Source: Squalus acanthias (lineage: Eukaryota). Taken from it: a stretch of DNA of 64,000 nucleotides. The notes beneath the pieces were generated by a model. That model was not told the origin of the DNA. It worked only from the letters and a program-made list of their open reading frames with translations, and did not search any database. Position numbers and translations under genes: made by a program. Of the stretch, positions 12,715-23,335 are shown piece by piece. How positions within the stretch are numbered: position 1 is the first letter of the stretch; every line of letters begins with the position of its first letter. The stretch is from positions 91,142,001 to 91,206,000 of the forward strand of contig CM059432.1 in the NCBI GenBank assembly GCA_030390025.1. The letters run 5' to 3'.

Positions 12715-12830
12715 CACCCATTTCTTACATTACAACAGTGACTATACTTCAAAAGTGTTTAATTGGCTGTAAAGCGCTTTGGGATGTCCTGAGGTTGTGA
12801 AGGGCACTATATAAATGCAAGTTCATTCAT
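12715..12830 (+). mobile_element. 3' tail of a Deu-domain SINE
   Basis: TACATTACAACAGTGACTA..CTTCAAAAG..GTAAAGCGCTTTGGGA..CTATATAAATGCAAG, matching the reverse complement of 18461-18570. Confidence 0.75.
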
Positions 12831-13563
12831 TTATTTTACATGGAAGCTCAGCTAGGTTTCCTGTTCAGGCCTAGAGATCACATTATTAATCGGGGACTTT
12901 CCCCGATTAACAATTAAATATGGCCCTTTAACTGCATGCATTCTGTGTCGAAGCTCAAAACCCTTCCATATCACATTGTATTGCTGGTGAGCTTTGGCTA
13001 CATCAATCACATTATCGGCCCCTGTCTTTCCCTGTTTCTTGGTTAAAATAAAAATTGCTCTCAGGTGGTATACATTATTTGAAGCATTTGACTGGAAGTA
13101 TATTTTCAGCTGATCCTCTGGATAATGCATCCCACCTGGAATCCTTTTTATTGGGAAAGAAGTCCACATCGGCACAGAGAAGGCACAATGTCACCACCCA
13201 TGTGGTGATAAAATGCAAGCTACATTTTTCCACAGTGCAGTAACATCCTTTCAGAACAACTGGCAGAGGATTTGTTTATAAGTACATTCATAAATTGTCG
13301 TATATTTAAAAAAATAAAGCTCTCTTTAAATTTCTATTGGCCTATTGGGACAATTTAAAAAAATTATTATTCAAATAAATCCTCACATACATGTTGTGAA
13401 GTCACTGTACAGTTTTGTTACACAGTACTTGCAGGAGAATACAATGGCAAACTGAGCTTGTTGATACAGTTAAGAGTGGGAACCACATGCTTTAGGGGTT
13501 CATGGTAATTTGCTTGTATCCCTTGGGTTCAACTTATCCAGGAAAGTTCAAGGGGGTTGTTGC

Positions 13564-13709
13564 CAATGTTTGCTGTAACTTTTTTGGCAACTCGCAGCCC
13601 CTTTAAGGGGCCGCGAGGGCCATTCAAAATTTTGCATTGAAAAGTCGGCAAGCCGGCTGCGCGGGATCCCTGGAGTGCTGCGCGGCCACGGAGCTTACAG
13701 GGAACATTG
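13564..13709. mobile_element. 146-bp hAT-type MITE
   Basis: TIRs CAATGTTTGCTGTAA / TTACAGGGAACATTG (13/15) and an 8-bp TSD GTTGTTGC / GCTGTTGC. Confidence 0.8.
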
Positions 13710-13799
13710 GCTGTTGCCATGTGTGACAATTTCATGACCCAGTCGAGTAGGAGAGAATCTTGGTAGCTCGTGACTGCTTTCCCAATTGAATCATTCTTA

Positions 13800-15884
13800 G
13801 GGCTAAATATTGGATTAGACACGAAAACGGGCACGGGGATCGCGATGCACGATCGCCCCACAACCCCTAATAGGAATGCAGGCAGCATGCGACCTTTGTG
13901 CTGCCTGCTAATTATAATGATTGTAGTGTTCAGCACAGCGCTGAACGTGCTGCTGAATGGATGAACGCTCAGCAGGGGGCCCAAGTTCATGTGAGGCAAG
14001 CTCCAATTAAAGCTAGCTTCCACTTCTTAAAGAAAGTCACCACCTTTTAAAGGGGAGGTGCCTTCTGCTGGAACTAGTTGTGGAGGGCTCCAAGGTTCTC
14101 GGACGCAGCACTCAAAGGCCTTAGTGCAGGGGTTGGAAAGGGGGAGACAGGTCCTCTATCCGCAGGGGGCAAGGAGGCCCTCCTGACACACATTGCGATG
14201 GCAGTGGGAGCAAGTAGCCGATGCGGTCAATGCCAGCAGTGTTGCCTGAGGCCCTGGATGGTCAAGGTCAGTTAATGCATCTTCAAATGCCATCTCCCAC
14301 TAACTGCACCACTAGCCTCACAAACTGCTCGGTGGAGGAGACGGTGCTGGACATTATTGGAGAGGCTGTCACTGAGGCTGTGGCGAGTGGTGAGGCTGAA
14401 ACCATCGAAGATGATGGTATGCTCATACCTAATCCTCCTTTTCACATCCCAGTCCCCTTCATACCACAATCTCTTCTCTTTTATAAGCTGCTGATGGTGT
14501 AAGTATGCAGATCTTGCTTTCCACCCCTCCCCTCACCACAAACCTCCCCTGATGCCTTTCTCCTTTCGGATATCCAAGAACTCCAACCTGGCCAGCCAGT
14601 GCAAGAAGAGCAAGAGGAGAGCAATGGAGAAGAGAAGACACCATCACTCGATCTCAAACTCGCAGGCACCAGCTCAGATACTGACACTGCACATACTTTA
14701 GAGGGTAGTATAGAGGCGGGATCTGCATGTGGGGAGTCACCGGGCATGAGTGGCCTGCACTCAGGGCAGGGGGAAAGGCTAGCACAGGTGCCAGCTCCCT
14801 GGAGGGCGAGGTCGTACATGAGTTCTGCTGCAGAGGACTCAGATGAGGACTTTGATGGGGCGGCCTACAGAAGGCGGCTGAAGGCATGCACGCAGAAATG
14901 CTTGGTGCATTGGCAAGCCTACCAACGAGCCTGTTGTCACCTTCAAGGAGCATGGAAGAGTCCGGCACCAACTTTGCACTGGGTTTTGTGCAGAGCTTGG
15001 AGCCCATGACTTGTTACAGATGTCGCTTGCTCCAGCCTGGAAAGATCCCGACGCAAAGAAATTCAGTGCCACAGTCACCTTCACAGCCACTGACAGCGCT
15101 GCCCTTGCCCTGGTGTGAGGCAGCTGGTCTGGTTGCAAGAGGTGGCAGAGTTCTGTGAGCAACTCCTTTGTAAAGCTCAGACACCTCACACACTGCTCCT
15201 GGCTCAGGTTGAGGTAAGAGAATTGCTCTTGGAAGACCCTAGGTGGGTAAGGCCTCCTGCTGAGAGCCTTTCTCCCCCGCCTCCTCCTCCCTCTATGAGC
15301 AGCTTGTCCTTTCCTTCACTGCCTCTGTTCCATCTCCCTGTCATGCTGCAGGCCAAGGTGGATGACAACTAGAGCACCCATGACTGGGAGCAAGTGGTCT
15401 GACCAGAACCCTTGAAGTCAGAACCAAGGCCTTTTCCACTTACAGCACCACTCCCTGTCACCTCACTAACTTTAAACAACTCTAGAAAGCTGCAAACATT
15501 TCCACAAACTTACACAAAGCCAGTAGAAATCAAAAAGCAAGTTACCTGAAAGTTGGTGATGATCTCTTTAAACAGTGCTGGTGGGACATCCTTCATGCTG
15601 CTGAACACATATTTAGCTCAGCGAGGTTAACACAGAGCGTTCGTTCCAGCGAAGATGACGAAAATGGCAGCGCTGGTGTCAAATCAGCATTGCACGCCGA
15701 TTGACATCACAATCTGCCAACTTACCATACTTCCAGCTCTGCTCCCAACAGCCGCCCTCACCAGGATGGCGTCCGGCGCAGCCCGCACCCTTAGTGTCCT
15801 TGCGCTGCTCGGATGCCATTTTTGACCCAATTCGGCATCTGTAGCTCCCAAATAACGAGCACTACGCAACCGAATTTTTAGCGA
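13800..15884. mobile_element. Harbinger family B deletion derivative with convergent Myb (+) and transposase (-) remnants
   Basis: TTA/TTA TSD. GGGCTAAATATTGG ... CCGAATTTTTAGCGA. ORF 14839..15189 has [20 protein letters not shown], as in the 35561 transposase. Confidence 0.85.
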
Positions 15885-15911
15885 TTATAGGTGCAGGAAT
15901 AATTGGTGCCT

Positions 15912-16093
15912 GTGGGATCTTTTACATCCACCTAAAAAGGCCTTGTTTTAACATCTCATCTGAGAGACAGTGCAGCATCCCACAGAATTGTACTGAAGTA
16001 TCAGCCTAGATTATTTGGTCAAGTTTTTGGAGTGGGTCATGAACCTATGATCATTACTGGAACTAATGCTCTGTGCTAACCTCGCCAAGCTGA
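15912..16093 (-). mobile_element. Deu-domain SINE 5' fragment
   Basis: Degenerate copy of 18708-18896. Confidence 0.7.
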
Positions 16094-16670
16094 TTATGTA
16101 TTTATCAGCAGGAAGGACCCCCACCAAAGGCAAGAGTTCAACCATTGAGCCAAGGCCGATGCCTAATTGAATGGATTCCATACACTGAGGTCACTTCAGT
16201 GTATCAGGTGCCCACACCCTAGAAAATTGGGTGTGGAGGCCTGAGGCCTATAAGATGCCTGAGGCCTACAACCCAGTGTGGGCAGTGACACAAAGGGAGC
16301 AGGGAGCCACTGTACAAGACGTGCTTTGGCTTCTGAATCTGCTGCTGCAGGGAGGTTCAGCAGAAGAAGATAGCCACTTTTGGAACTTTGGGGAATCCTC
16401 TCATCTGAACCAATGTGTGCAGCAAGCATGACAGGAGATGGCCAACCATTTAAATGCATAGGTCATGGGAGCAAATGGGACACAAATTCTCTGGTCTGAG
16501 GAAGTGTGCCAAGATAGTTTTGTTTAAAAGATTGCCCACTCAAAGAAAAGAAATGCCTGTTCTATGCATGGACCAAACTCTGAGCCCACAGCATGGCACC
16601 ACATCAGGAATAGGGTCTGGGAAGTCCTGGCCTTACTCCTCATACCTTAGTCCCCAATTGCCATACAATT

Positions 16671-16747
16671 ACATAGAATATACAGCACAGAAATAGGCCA
16701 TTCGGCCCAACCAGTCCATGCCGGCATTTATGGTCCACCCGAGCCTC
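16671..16747 (-). mobile_element. CR1 LINE 3' tail fragment
   Basis: Reverse complement of the tail at 45495-45570 (GGACTGGTTGGGCCGAATGGCC). Confidence 0.7.
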
Positions 16748-16925
16748 AACCTTCCATGTCTATAAAGCTGCAGCTGCAACTTCATGGCTACCAAAGTGAA
16801 AGACTTTCTTTGGCTCACATAACATGTTTGTCATTACTTTTCATTATCGGGTGCATATCTAATCTAAATTAATCAAGTCTTCAGCATTTAGTTATTCTGG
16901 CTGATATTACATGAATTATCACAAT

Positions 16926-17667
16926 GGCCCAAAAATTAGTGCCGCTACGCGAGAGTACGCACTGTGTACTCTCGCGTATTCTGTCTCCAATTGCCGGTTT
17001 TCTGCATGCACTGCGCATGCGCTGAAAACCGGCACTTGGTGATTTCAAAAGGGGGCGGTTCCTAGGTGAACCGCGTGCGCGCTACAGGCTGCGTGCACGC
17101 AGTGCACTTCGTGCTTTGAACGCGCAGGTAAGCATGGAACATTTTAGACATAAAGAAAGGAGGCATAAGATCCTCTTTTAACAAGGTAAGTAGTTAATTA
17201 AGTATTATTTTGAATTTTTTTTAACAGGTATATCTTTTTTAGAGACTTTAAAGACAGGTAAGTTTATTTTTATAACTTTTTAAAAGATTTAAAAAAAATT
17301 CAAAAATTTAATTTTTTGTTTAAAATGGTTAATTTATTTAACTATACTTATTTTATTAATGTGATGGTTTTTTTTAAATTTAATTGAGGTTTAGCTGTTC
17401 TTTTAGGGGGGTATAGTATTCATAGCTTTCACAGCCGTGCTGTGAAAGCTATGAATGAAAGATGGTGTGCTGCCATTGGCTCTAACTGAGTCACGTGATC
17501 CCACAGCTTGCACGAATTAACTGCGCCTGTGGGATACGAAAGCCCTGCACAGCTGCTGTCCAGAACATCAAGTTCGTGCGAGCTGGGACTAAAAAAGCCA
17601 GCGCGCAGTGAGAGATCGCGGGGAAGCCTTACCCTCGCACGAAGGCTCACTCACTAATTTTTGGGCC
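16926..17667. mobile_element. Harbinger-type MITE, family G
   Basis: Perfect 16-bp TIR GGCCCAAAAATTAGTG / CACTAATTTTTGGGCC. Close copy at 53312-54076. Confidence 0.92.
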
Positions 17668-18180
17668 ATATGATGAGGCGGCTATTCTGCACAACCCTGC
17701 TCATCAATGCACAGGAAAACCTACATTGCCCCATCTTAGCACCCAGCTGTTTCTTAAATCATTTCATGCTTTTTACCTTCACTACCCTACCTGGGTGCCC
17801 ATTCTACGTGTGTATCACTCTGTGTGTTAAGAAGAACCTCCGACATCAGTATCATTACTATCTTATATACCTTTATAAAGTTTCCTCTGTCACTTTTCAA
17901 GGTTGACTCACCCAACTTCTCTCTTCTTTCCTCGTCAGTCCTCGAATGCTAGGGACGAATTTTGTGGCTCTTCTCTACACTGTTTCCAGAATATGAATGT
18001 CTCCCTTGTATCTTGGTGACCAGAATTGATTGGAGCACTGCACAATTTAAGTATAACTTCCTCTGACTTGAGGTCCAACACAATCACAAATTCTACAGGA
18101 AGGCATAGTTTCAAATTTAGAAAAGGGAAGGTCAAAAAATATATGAAATGGATCGTAAAGGGAGGAATTGAAGACTAATT

Positions 18181-18432
18181 GGCCCTGAAAAATCCGCAAG
18201 AGTCTGCGTCCCAGTGTAAACTGGGTGACCCTGCAGTTCCTTTGCAAAGGAGACTGCTTCTCCTTCCAAAAAAAAAATTCTGGCCCCCTCATCTTTAGGG
18301 ATCCAGAGCCCAACTCCTGCCTGCACCTCAGGTGGGCCTCACTTCCATCCCGACCAAGTTTGAGGCTATTCTGGTGAATTCTCGCCAGACTGATAGTTGG
18401 AGTCCAATGGAATGGCCGTGGATTTTGGGACC
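18181..18432. mobile_element. Short Harbinger-type MITE
   Basis: GGCCCTGAAAATCC ... GGATTTTGGGACC with an ATT/ATT TSD. Confidence 0.65.
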
Positions 18433-18460
18433 ATTCTATCAACAAATTGGAGTGAGAGTT

Positions 18461-18896
18461 AAAAGAAAGAATATGGCATCTTTCACAACCTCAGGACTTC
18501 CCAAAGTGTTTTACAGCCAATTAAGTACATTTTTGAAGTGTTGTCACTGTTGTAATGTAGGTAATGTGCCAGACAATTTCGCACAGCAAGGTCTGACAAA
18601 CAGTAATGTGATAATGACCTGATAATCTGTTTCGTGATGTTGGTTGAGGGATAAATATTGGCCAGGACACCGGGGAGATCTCCCCTTCTCTTCTTTGTAA
18701 TAGTGCCATGGGATCTTTTACGTCCCCCTGAGAGGGTAGACAGAGCCTCAGTTTAACATCTTATCTGAAAGACACTCCCTCAGTACTGCATTGTAGTGTC
18801 AGTTTAGATTTTGTGCTCAAGTCTCTAGAGTGGGACTTGAACCCACAACCATCTGCCTCAGAAGCGAGAGTGCTGCCACTGAGCCATGGCTGACAC
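18461..18896 (-). mobile_element. Near full-length tRNA-headed Deu-domain SINE (SacSINE1/AmnSINE1-like)
   Basis: Minus strand starts GTGTCAGCCATGGCTCAGTGG (A box) ... GGTTCAAGTCCC (B box). Central AAAAGATCCCATGGCAC..GGTGTCCTGGCCAA Deu-like domain. L2-like tail. Confidence 0.85.
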
Positions 18897-19611
18897 TACT
18901 GTTGGATAAGTAACTGGTGAAAAATTTGATATTTTATATATATTTGATATAGGGGGATGAAAGGTACCATGTGATATATTTCCTAGACATTGAAACTGGC
19001 CAGATGGACTGCAATGGACCTTCCCTGTCTTATACATTCCCATGTTGCTACATTTCTATTACCTATTCCTAGGCACTTAGCCAACTTCACAGGTTCAACT
19101 GCCCCTCTCCAAGTTTTGGATTGTCCATTAACTTGACCAGTTTGCCAATACAAGTTATTAATGTAAATTAGTAATGGGAGGGGTCTCACCAAAGCCTAAG
19201 TACTCCATTTAGCACTTTCCCCCACTCTGACATTACTCCCCTAACAAGTATTGATTGCTTCCTATCCTATATCCAATTTCTTACTCATTCCCAGTTTTAC
19301 CCTCAATCTCCACCATTTTAAACTTAAAGGGCTGGATTTTCTCAATGGGAAGCTTTTGGAGGCAGGACTGCTGCTTTCCGGCTTTTAATCCCGCCTCCAT
19401 CAGCTTCTGGCCAACCAGCGGGATTTTCCCCTGATTGACCTTGTTAAGCCCGCCCAGCGGACTCAGCAGGCCAATTAGGGGAAGTCAGTGACAAAGCACG
19501 TCAACGTATGACATGCCATCTGTCAAGAACATTTGAAAGAAGAAATGTCATCATTTGACAGCTCTGTGAAGCTGTCAAACACTGACATTCTGTGTCGTTT
19601 GATGAGTCCTT

Positions 19612-22297
19612 GGGCTCGATTTTGCCAGGCCCGAGGAGGCGGGATTGGAGGCGTGTGAGGTGGTAAAATCGCAAAAAATGGCGGGCGGGCCCGATCCCGC
19701 CTCCGCCCCGCCTCCAAGCAATTTTCCCAAATGCGTGTTTTCTGACCCCGTTTCCATCCCGCCTCCAAGAGGCGGGATAGGCCCTTAAGGCCCTTAACAA
19801 CCAGTTAAGTGCCTCTATAATCCCATTTTGAGAGGCCTTTCTGATTTTACCACTTTTTCCACGTCCTGCACGTCTCCTCTGGAACACGCCAGTGAATCCT
19901 GGCGGCCTCACAAGTGGACTGCTTACTAACAGCTGCAGCTCCACCATTACAAGGGAGTTTTGAGCAATCATCATTTGCAGGTAGCAGAACCTTGTTGTCT
20001 CAGGTCTGGGGGAACTTTTAGCAGGCATACCCATTGTTGTGGAAGTTTGGAGCCTGACACCCATCTCCAGTGTGACCTCCTGGGAAACCCCTCTCACCAC
20101 CTTGACTGAGCGCTTCCTCAACTGAGGCATATACCAGAAGCATGGGAACCATTTATTTCCTTTCCTCCTGGACATCAGATTCGGACGAAGACCAGCCGTG
20201 GCAGCAGCAGAACCATGAACAACAGCACCACCAACAGCAGCAGCAACAACAGGAGCGCCAAGCTGCTCCTCACCCACCTGAAGCTGCACAGGCCAGAAGA
20301 CGCCAGCGCACGACCACATTGCTGCTCGGGATGCAAGGGACGCACTCATCTTGGCCAGATTTGCTTAGCCTGCACAATCAAACACTTTTGCCTCGCACCT
20401 TCTTATCAGACCATCGACAATGGCCAAGAACCTTCAGATTCCTATCACTCTGACCACCATACTGACAATTGCAAGTCGCCCTAAGCCCTCAATGTGGAAG
20501 TCCCATTAGTGAAATGACACACGCCACAACTGCAACAGTTTGCCATCAGAATTTTTAATGACAATAAGCAACTGATGGCTTTTCAAAATTAAACACAACA
20601 TTACACCCAAGTGACTACGGTAGCCAGCCTTACCATGGAGGTAGCCATTCTTTCCAAGGAGGTAGCCATCCTTTCCAAGGAGGTTGCCATCCTTTCCGTG
20701 GTGATGCGTTCATGTGCCAATGCCTCCACAAAGGCTCTGCTCATGTTCGCGATGGACTCCTCCATTCGCTCCACACTCGCAGCGACCCTGGAGACAAAAC
20801 CTGCCAGAGACTCCTGCACCTGTTCCTGGAGTTCCAGCACCACTCTCCTTCTGGATGGACCCGGAGGCACAGGGTCGACATGCAGCGGAGCCGAGCTGGG
20901 AGCGTCCTCTCCACTGCGACGAGGACTCTCCACTGCTGACCCTGTCTCCACCATCTGCTGATGCTCACTTGTGGGCTGTGATACACCAGGTGACAACTCT
21001 ACTCTATGTCCCGAAGGTCCCACCGAGGTGTGAGTGTCTGCGTTGGTGCAGGGTGCGCTTAATTCTGCTGACGGAGCGCCCTCAGAGGTTGCAGCTTCCT
21101 CTGAGGAGTCTGGAAGCTCAGGCTCTTCCTCCTGGACAGTGGGGACGGGGGCTCTCGATGGTCCTGTGGGGGAGTAAAGGAAAGAGTTAGAGATGTGAGG
21201 TAAAGGTTGCATGCACATTGAATGGTGCAGATGATCATAAGTCAATCTGTTAGAGCATCAGAATCATTATCAGTCACTCATGCAATGTCCGTGAGAGAGA
21301 TGCCAAACTATTCTGTCAGCAGCTTGCTATGATGCGCCCGCCTGTCCGTCCCCCACTTGGGAATCCTTCTCAATCCCGGCAATTTCCAGGGCCGCCTCCT
21401 CCGAGGTGGTGAGCTGGGCTACTGAGGGTGGTCCTCCTCCTGTCCTCGCAGTTTCCCTCTTATTGTGGGCTCTCTTTTCCTGCAATGAGGGACACAAGTG
21501 GAGTTTGAGTGAGAATGAAGGAGTGAGTGTAGAGAATCCATAGCATAGATGCTTAGAAGGAGACAAAGGGCCCTCCCTGTGTGTTGTAAGCTGTTGTCAT
21601 TGCGTCTCAGTGATAGGAAGTGTGAGGGCTGCATGGTCGAATAGTTAAGTGAATGTGACCATAGAGAGAGAGAGAATGGGTAAGGGTGCAGGGATGTCAG
21701 TGTCAAGTGGGATGTGGAGGAAGAGGTTGGCAAAGCAGAGTGCTGGTGAGGAGAGGCGATGGGGATGAGATTGAGGGTGATGCTCACTTTTCCTGTGCGG
21801 AGAAGGTCATGAAACCTCTTCCTGCATTGCAGCCAGGTTCTGCGGCACATAGAGATGGCATTAACCTCCTGGGCCACTTGCAGCCACAGAGCTTTAGTCT
21901 GTTGTGGCTTTTTTCTCCCTGAGGAAGGGAAGAGCACCTCCTTATTAGATCTTGCTCCCTGCACCAGAGCTTGGAGGGAGGGCTCATCAAAGCGAGGTGC
22001 ACACTTTTGCTTGCTGGTGGACATGGTCAGTAAATGAAGTCCTTCATACAATGTCCAAAGCGTTTCCAGTCTCCAGAAGAAGCAAGGCTGCTTGCAGGCC
22101 TTAAATCCAGCAGCACTGATGACGTCATCGGAGGCGACTTTCAGGATGGAAAGACTAATTAGGCCAGGGGTTCCCACACGCTGGAAATCAAGTGCCCAAT
22201 TAGGGGAAAATTGCACTTTTTTCCCACTTCACATCGGAGTTGGGGTCCTGACATGAAAACCACCTGACACGCCCCAACCCGACCCCAATGGCAAAAT
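19612..22297. mobile_element. Harbinger family A deletion derivative (transposase deleted, Myb gene kept)
   Basis: Left TIR GGGCTCGATTTT. Right TIR truncated to GCAAAAT. CTT/CTT flanks. Transposase stub at 20142-20368 has the same junction as 1008-1234. Confidence 0.9.
20601..22024 (-). pseudogene. Three-exon Myb/SANT-like (MSANTD/NAIF1-type) accessory gene, disrupted
   Basis: Exon 1 22024-21788 is open (79 aa: PRFDEPSLQALV..LW.QVAQEVN..RTWLQCRKRFHDL). Exon 2 from 21479 has a TAG at 21327-29 and a mutated donor. Exon 3 is 3'-deleted. Confidence 0.88.
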
Positions 22298-23335
22298 CTT
22301 GTGTTCAGAACTCATCAAACCTTTCAACTTTGCAGAAATCACCTGGCTGTTGGTTCGGAGGATCCAACAGCCAGTTTGTGAAATCTACAATGGAGATGTT
22401 GGGACTCTGGCTCCACAGCGGCTGAAGGCTGTAGGCAGAAACAAAGGTAAGTGAACATTTTCTAACACTTTACACTCACCTTACATACTTACCACTCCAC
22501 ACTTGCACCCATCACTCACCTCTACATCGCACTTTCAGACCCCTCCAACCCCCGCAGACCTCCTACTCATCTCCTACACCCTGGCAGGGTTCCCCGAGGT
22601 CGGGAAGCCTGCACTTTGGAACGAAAAATGGGGATAATCCTATTTTCTGCCTGTTAACTACCTGTTAACAAGCAGTTAATAGGCTTTAATCCCTTTCCCG
22701 CCTCGAGGAGACGGGACTTGGGGCAGGATGGCTTCCCACCTCCTGGCAAGAGGGCATGGAGGTGGGTTGGAGGCGGGTTTGCCGCCCGCCCCCAAATTCT
22801 GCCACTTTACCAGCAGTCCCGCCTCCTCGGGGCTGACAAAATCCAGCCCAAATTGTATGCTTTTATGTGGGAATTTGTCAAAGGTATTTCTGGAAGTCTA
22901 AGTACAGTGAGGTTCAATTTCTGCCGTTTTCTCCCAATTGTCCACAATAACAACAACAACAACTTGCATTTATATAGTGCCTTTAACGTAGTAAAATGTC
23001 CCAGGGCGCTGCACAGGAGTATTAAAAGACAAAAAATAAAATTGACACCGAGCCACATAAGGAGAAATTAGGGCAGGTGACCAAAAGCTTGGTCAAAGAG
23101 GTAGGTTTTAAGGAGTGTCTTAAAGGAGTAAAGAGTAGTAGCGAGGCGGAGAGGTTTAGGCAGGGAATTCCAGTGCTTAGGGCAGAGGCAACAGAAGGCA
23201 CGGCCACCAATGGTTGAGCGATTATAATCAGGGATACATAGATACATAGATACATAGAAGATAGGAGCAGGAGTAGGCCATCCGGCCCTTCGAGCCTGCT
23301 CCGCCATTTAAGGAGATCATGGCTGATCCTCCAAT

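Larger units (their letters stand above)
19329..22849. mobile_element. Family H MITE hosting a nested Harbinger
   Basis: Perfect 12-bp TIR GGGCTGGATTTT / AAAATCCAGCCC and an AAA/AAA TSD. Without the insert it is colinear with 3718-4563. Confidence 0.92.

Noticed and set aside
12852..13243. Host coding exon
   Set aside because: No recognisable protein motif or convincing splice pair. Cannot be excluded without a homology search.
18825..18896. tRNA gene
   Set aside because: The A/B boxes are the head of a SINE and continue directly into the Deu domain.
19501..20349. 282-aa antisense ORF across the left arm (also 766-1806) as a third gene
   Set aside because: It runs through the TIR into flanking DNA, has a stop in copy 1 and several in the 35034 copy, and differences between copies are largely non-synonymous.
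20142..20453. Functional mini-transposase from the deletion junction
   Set aside because: The junction is out of frame with the native C-terminus, all catalytic motifs are gone, and copy 1 has a stop in the Gln tract.
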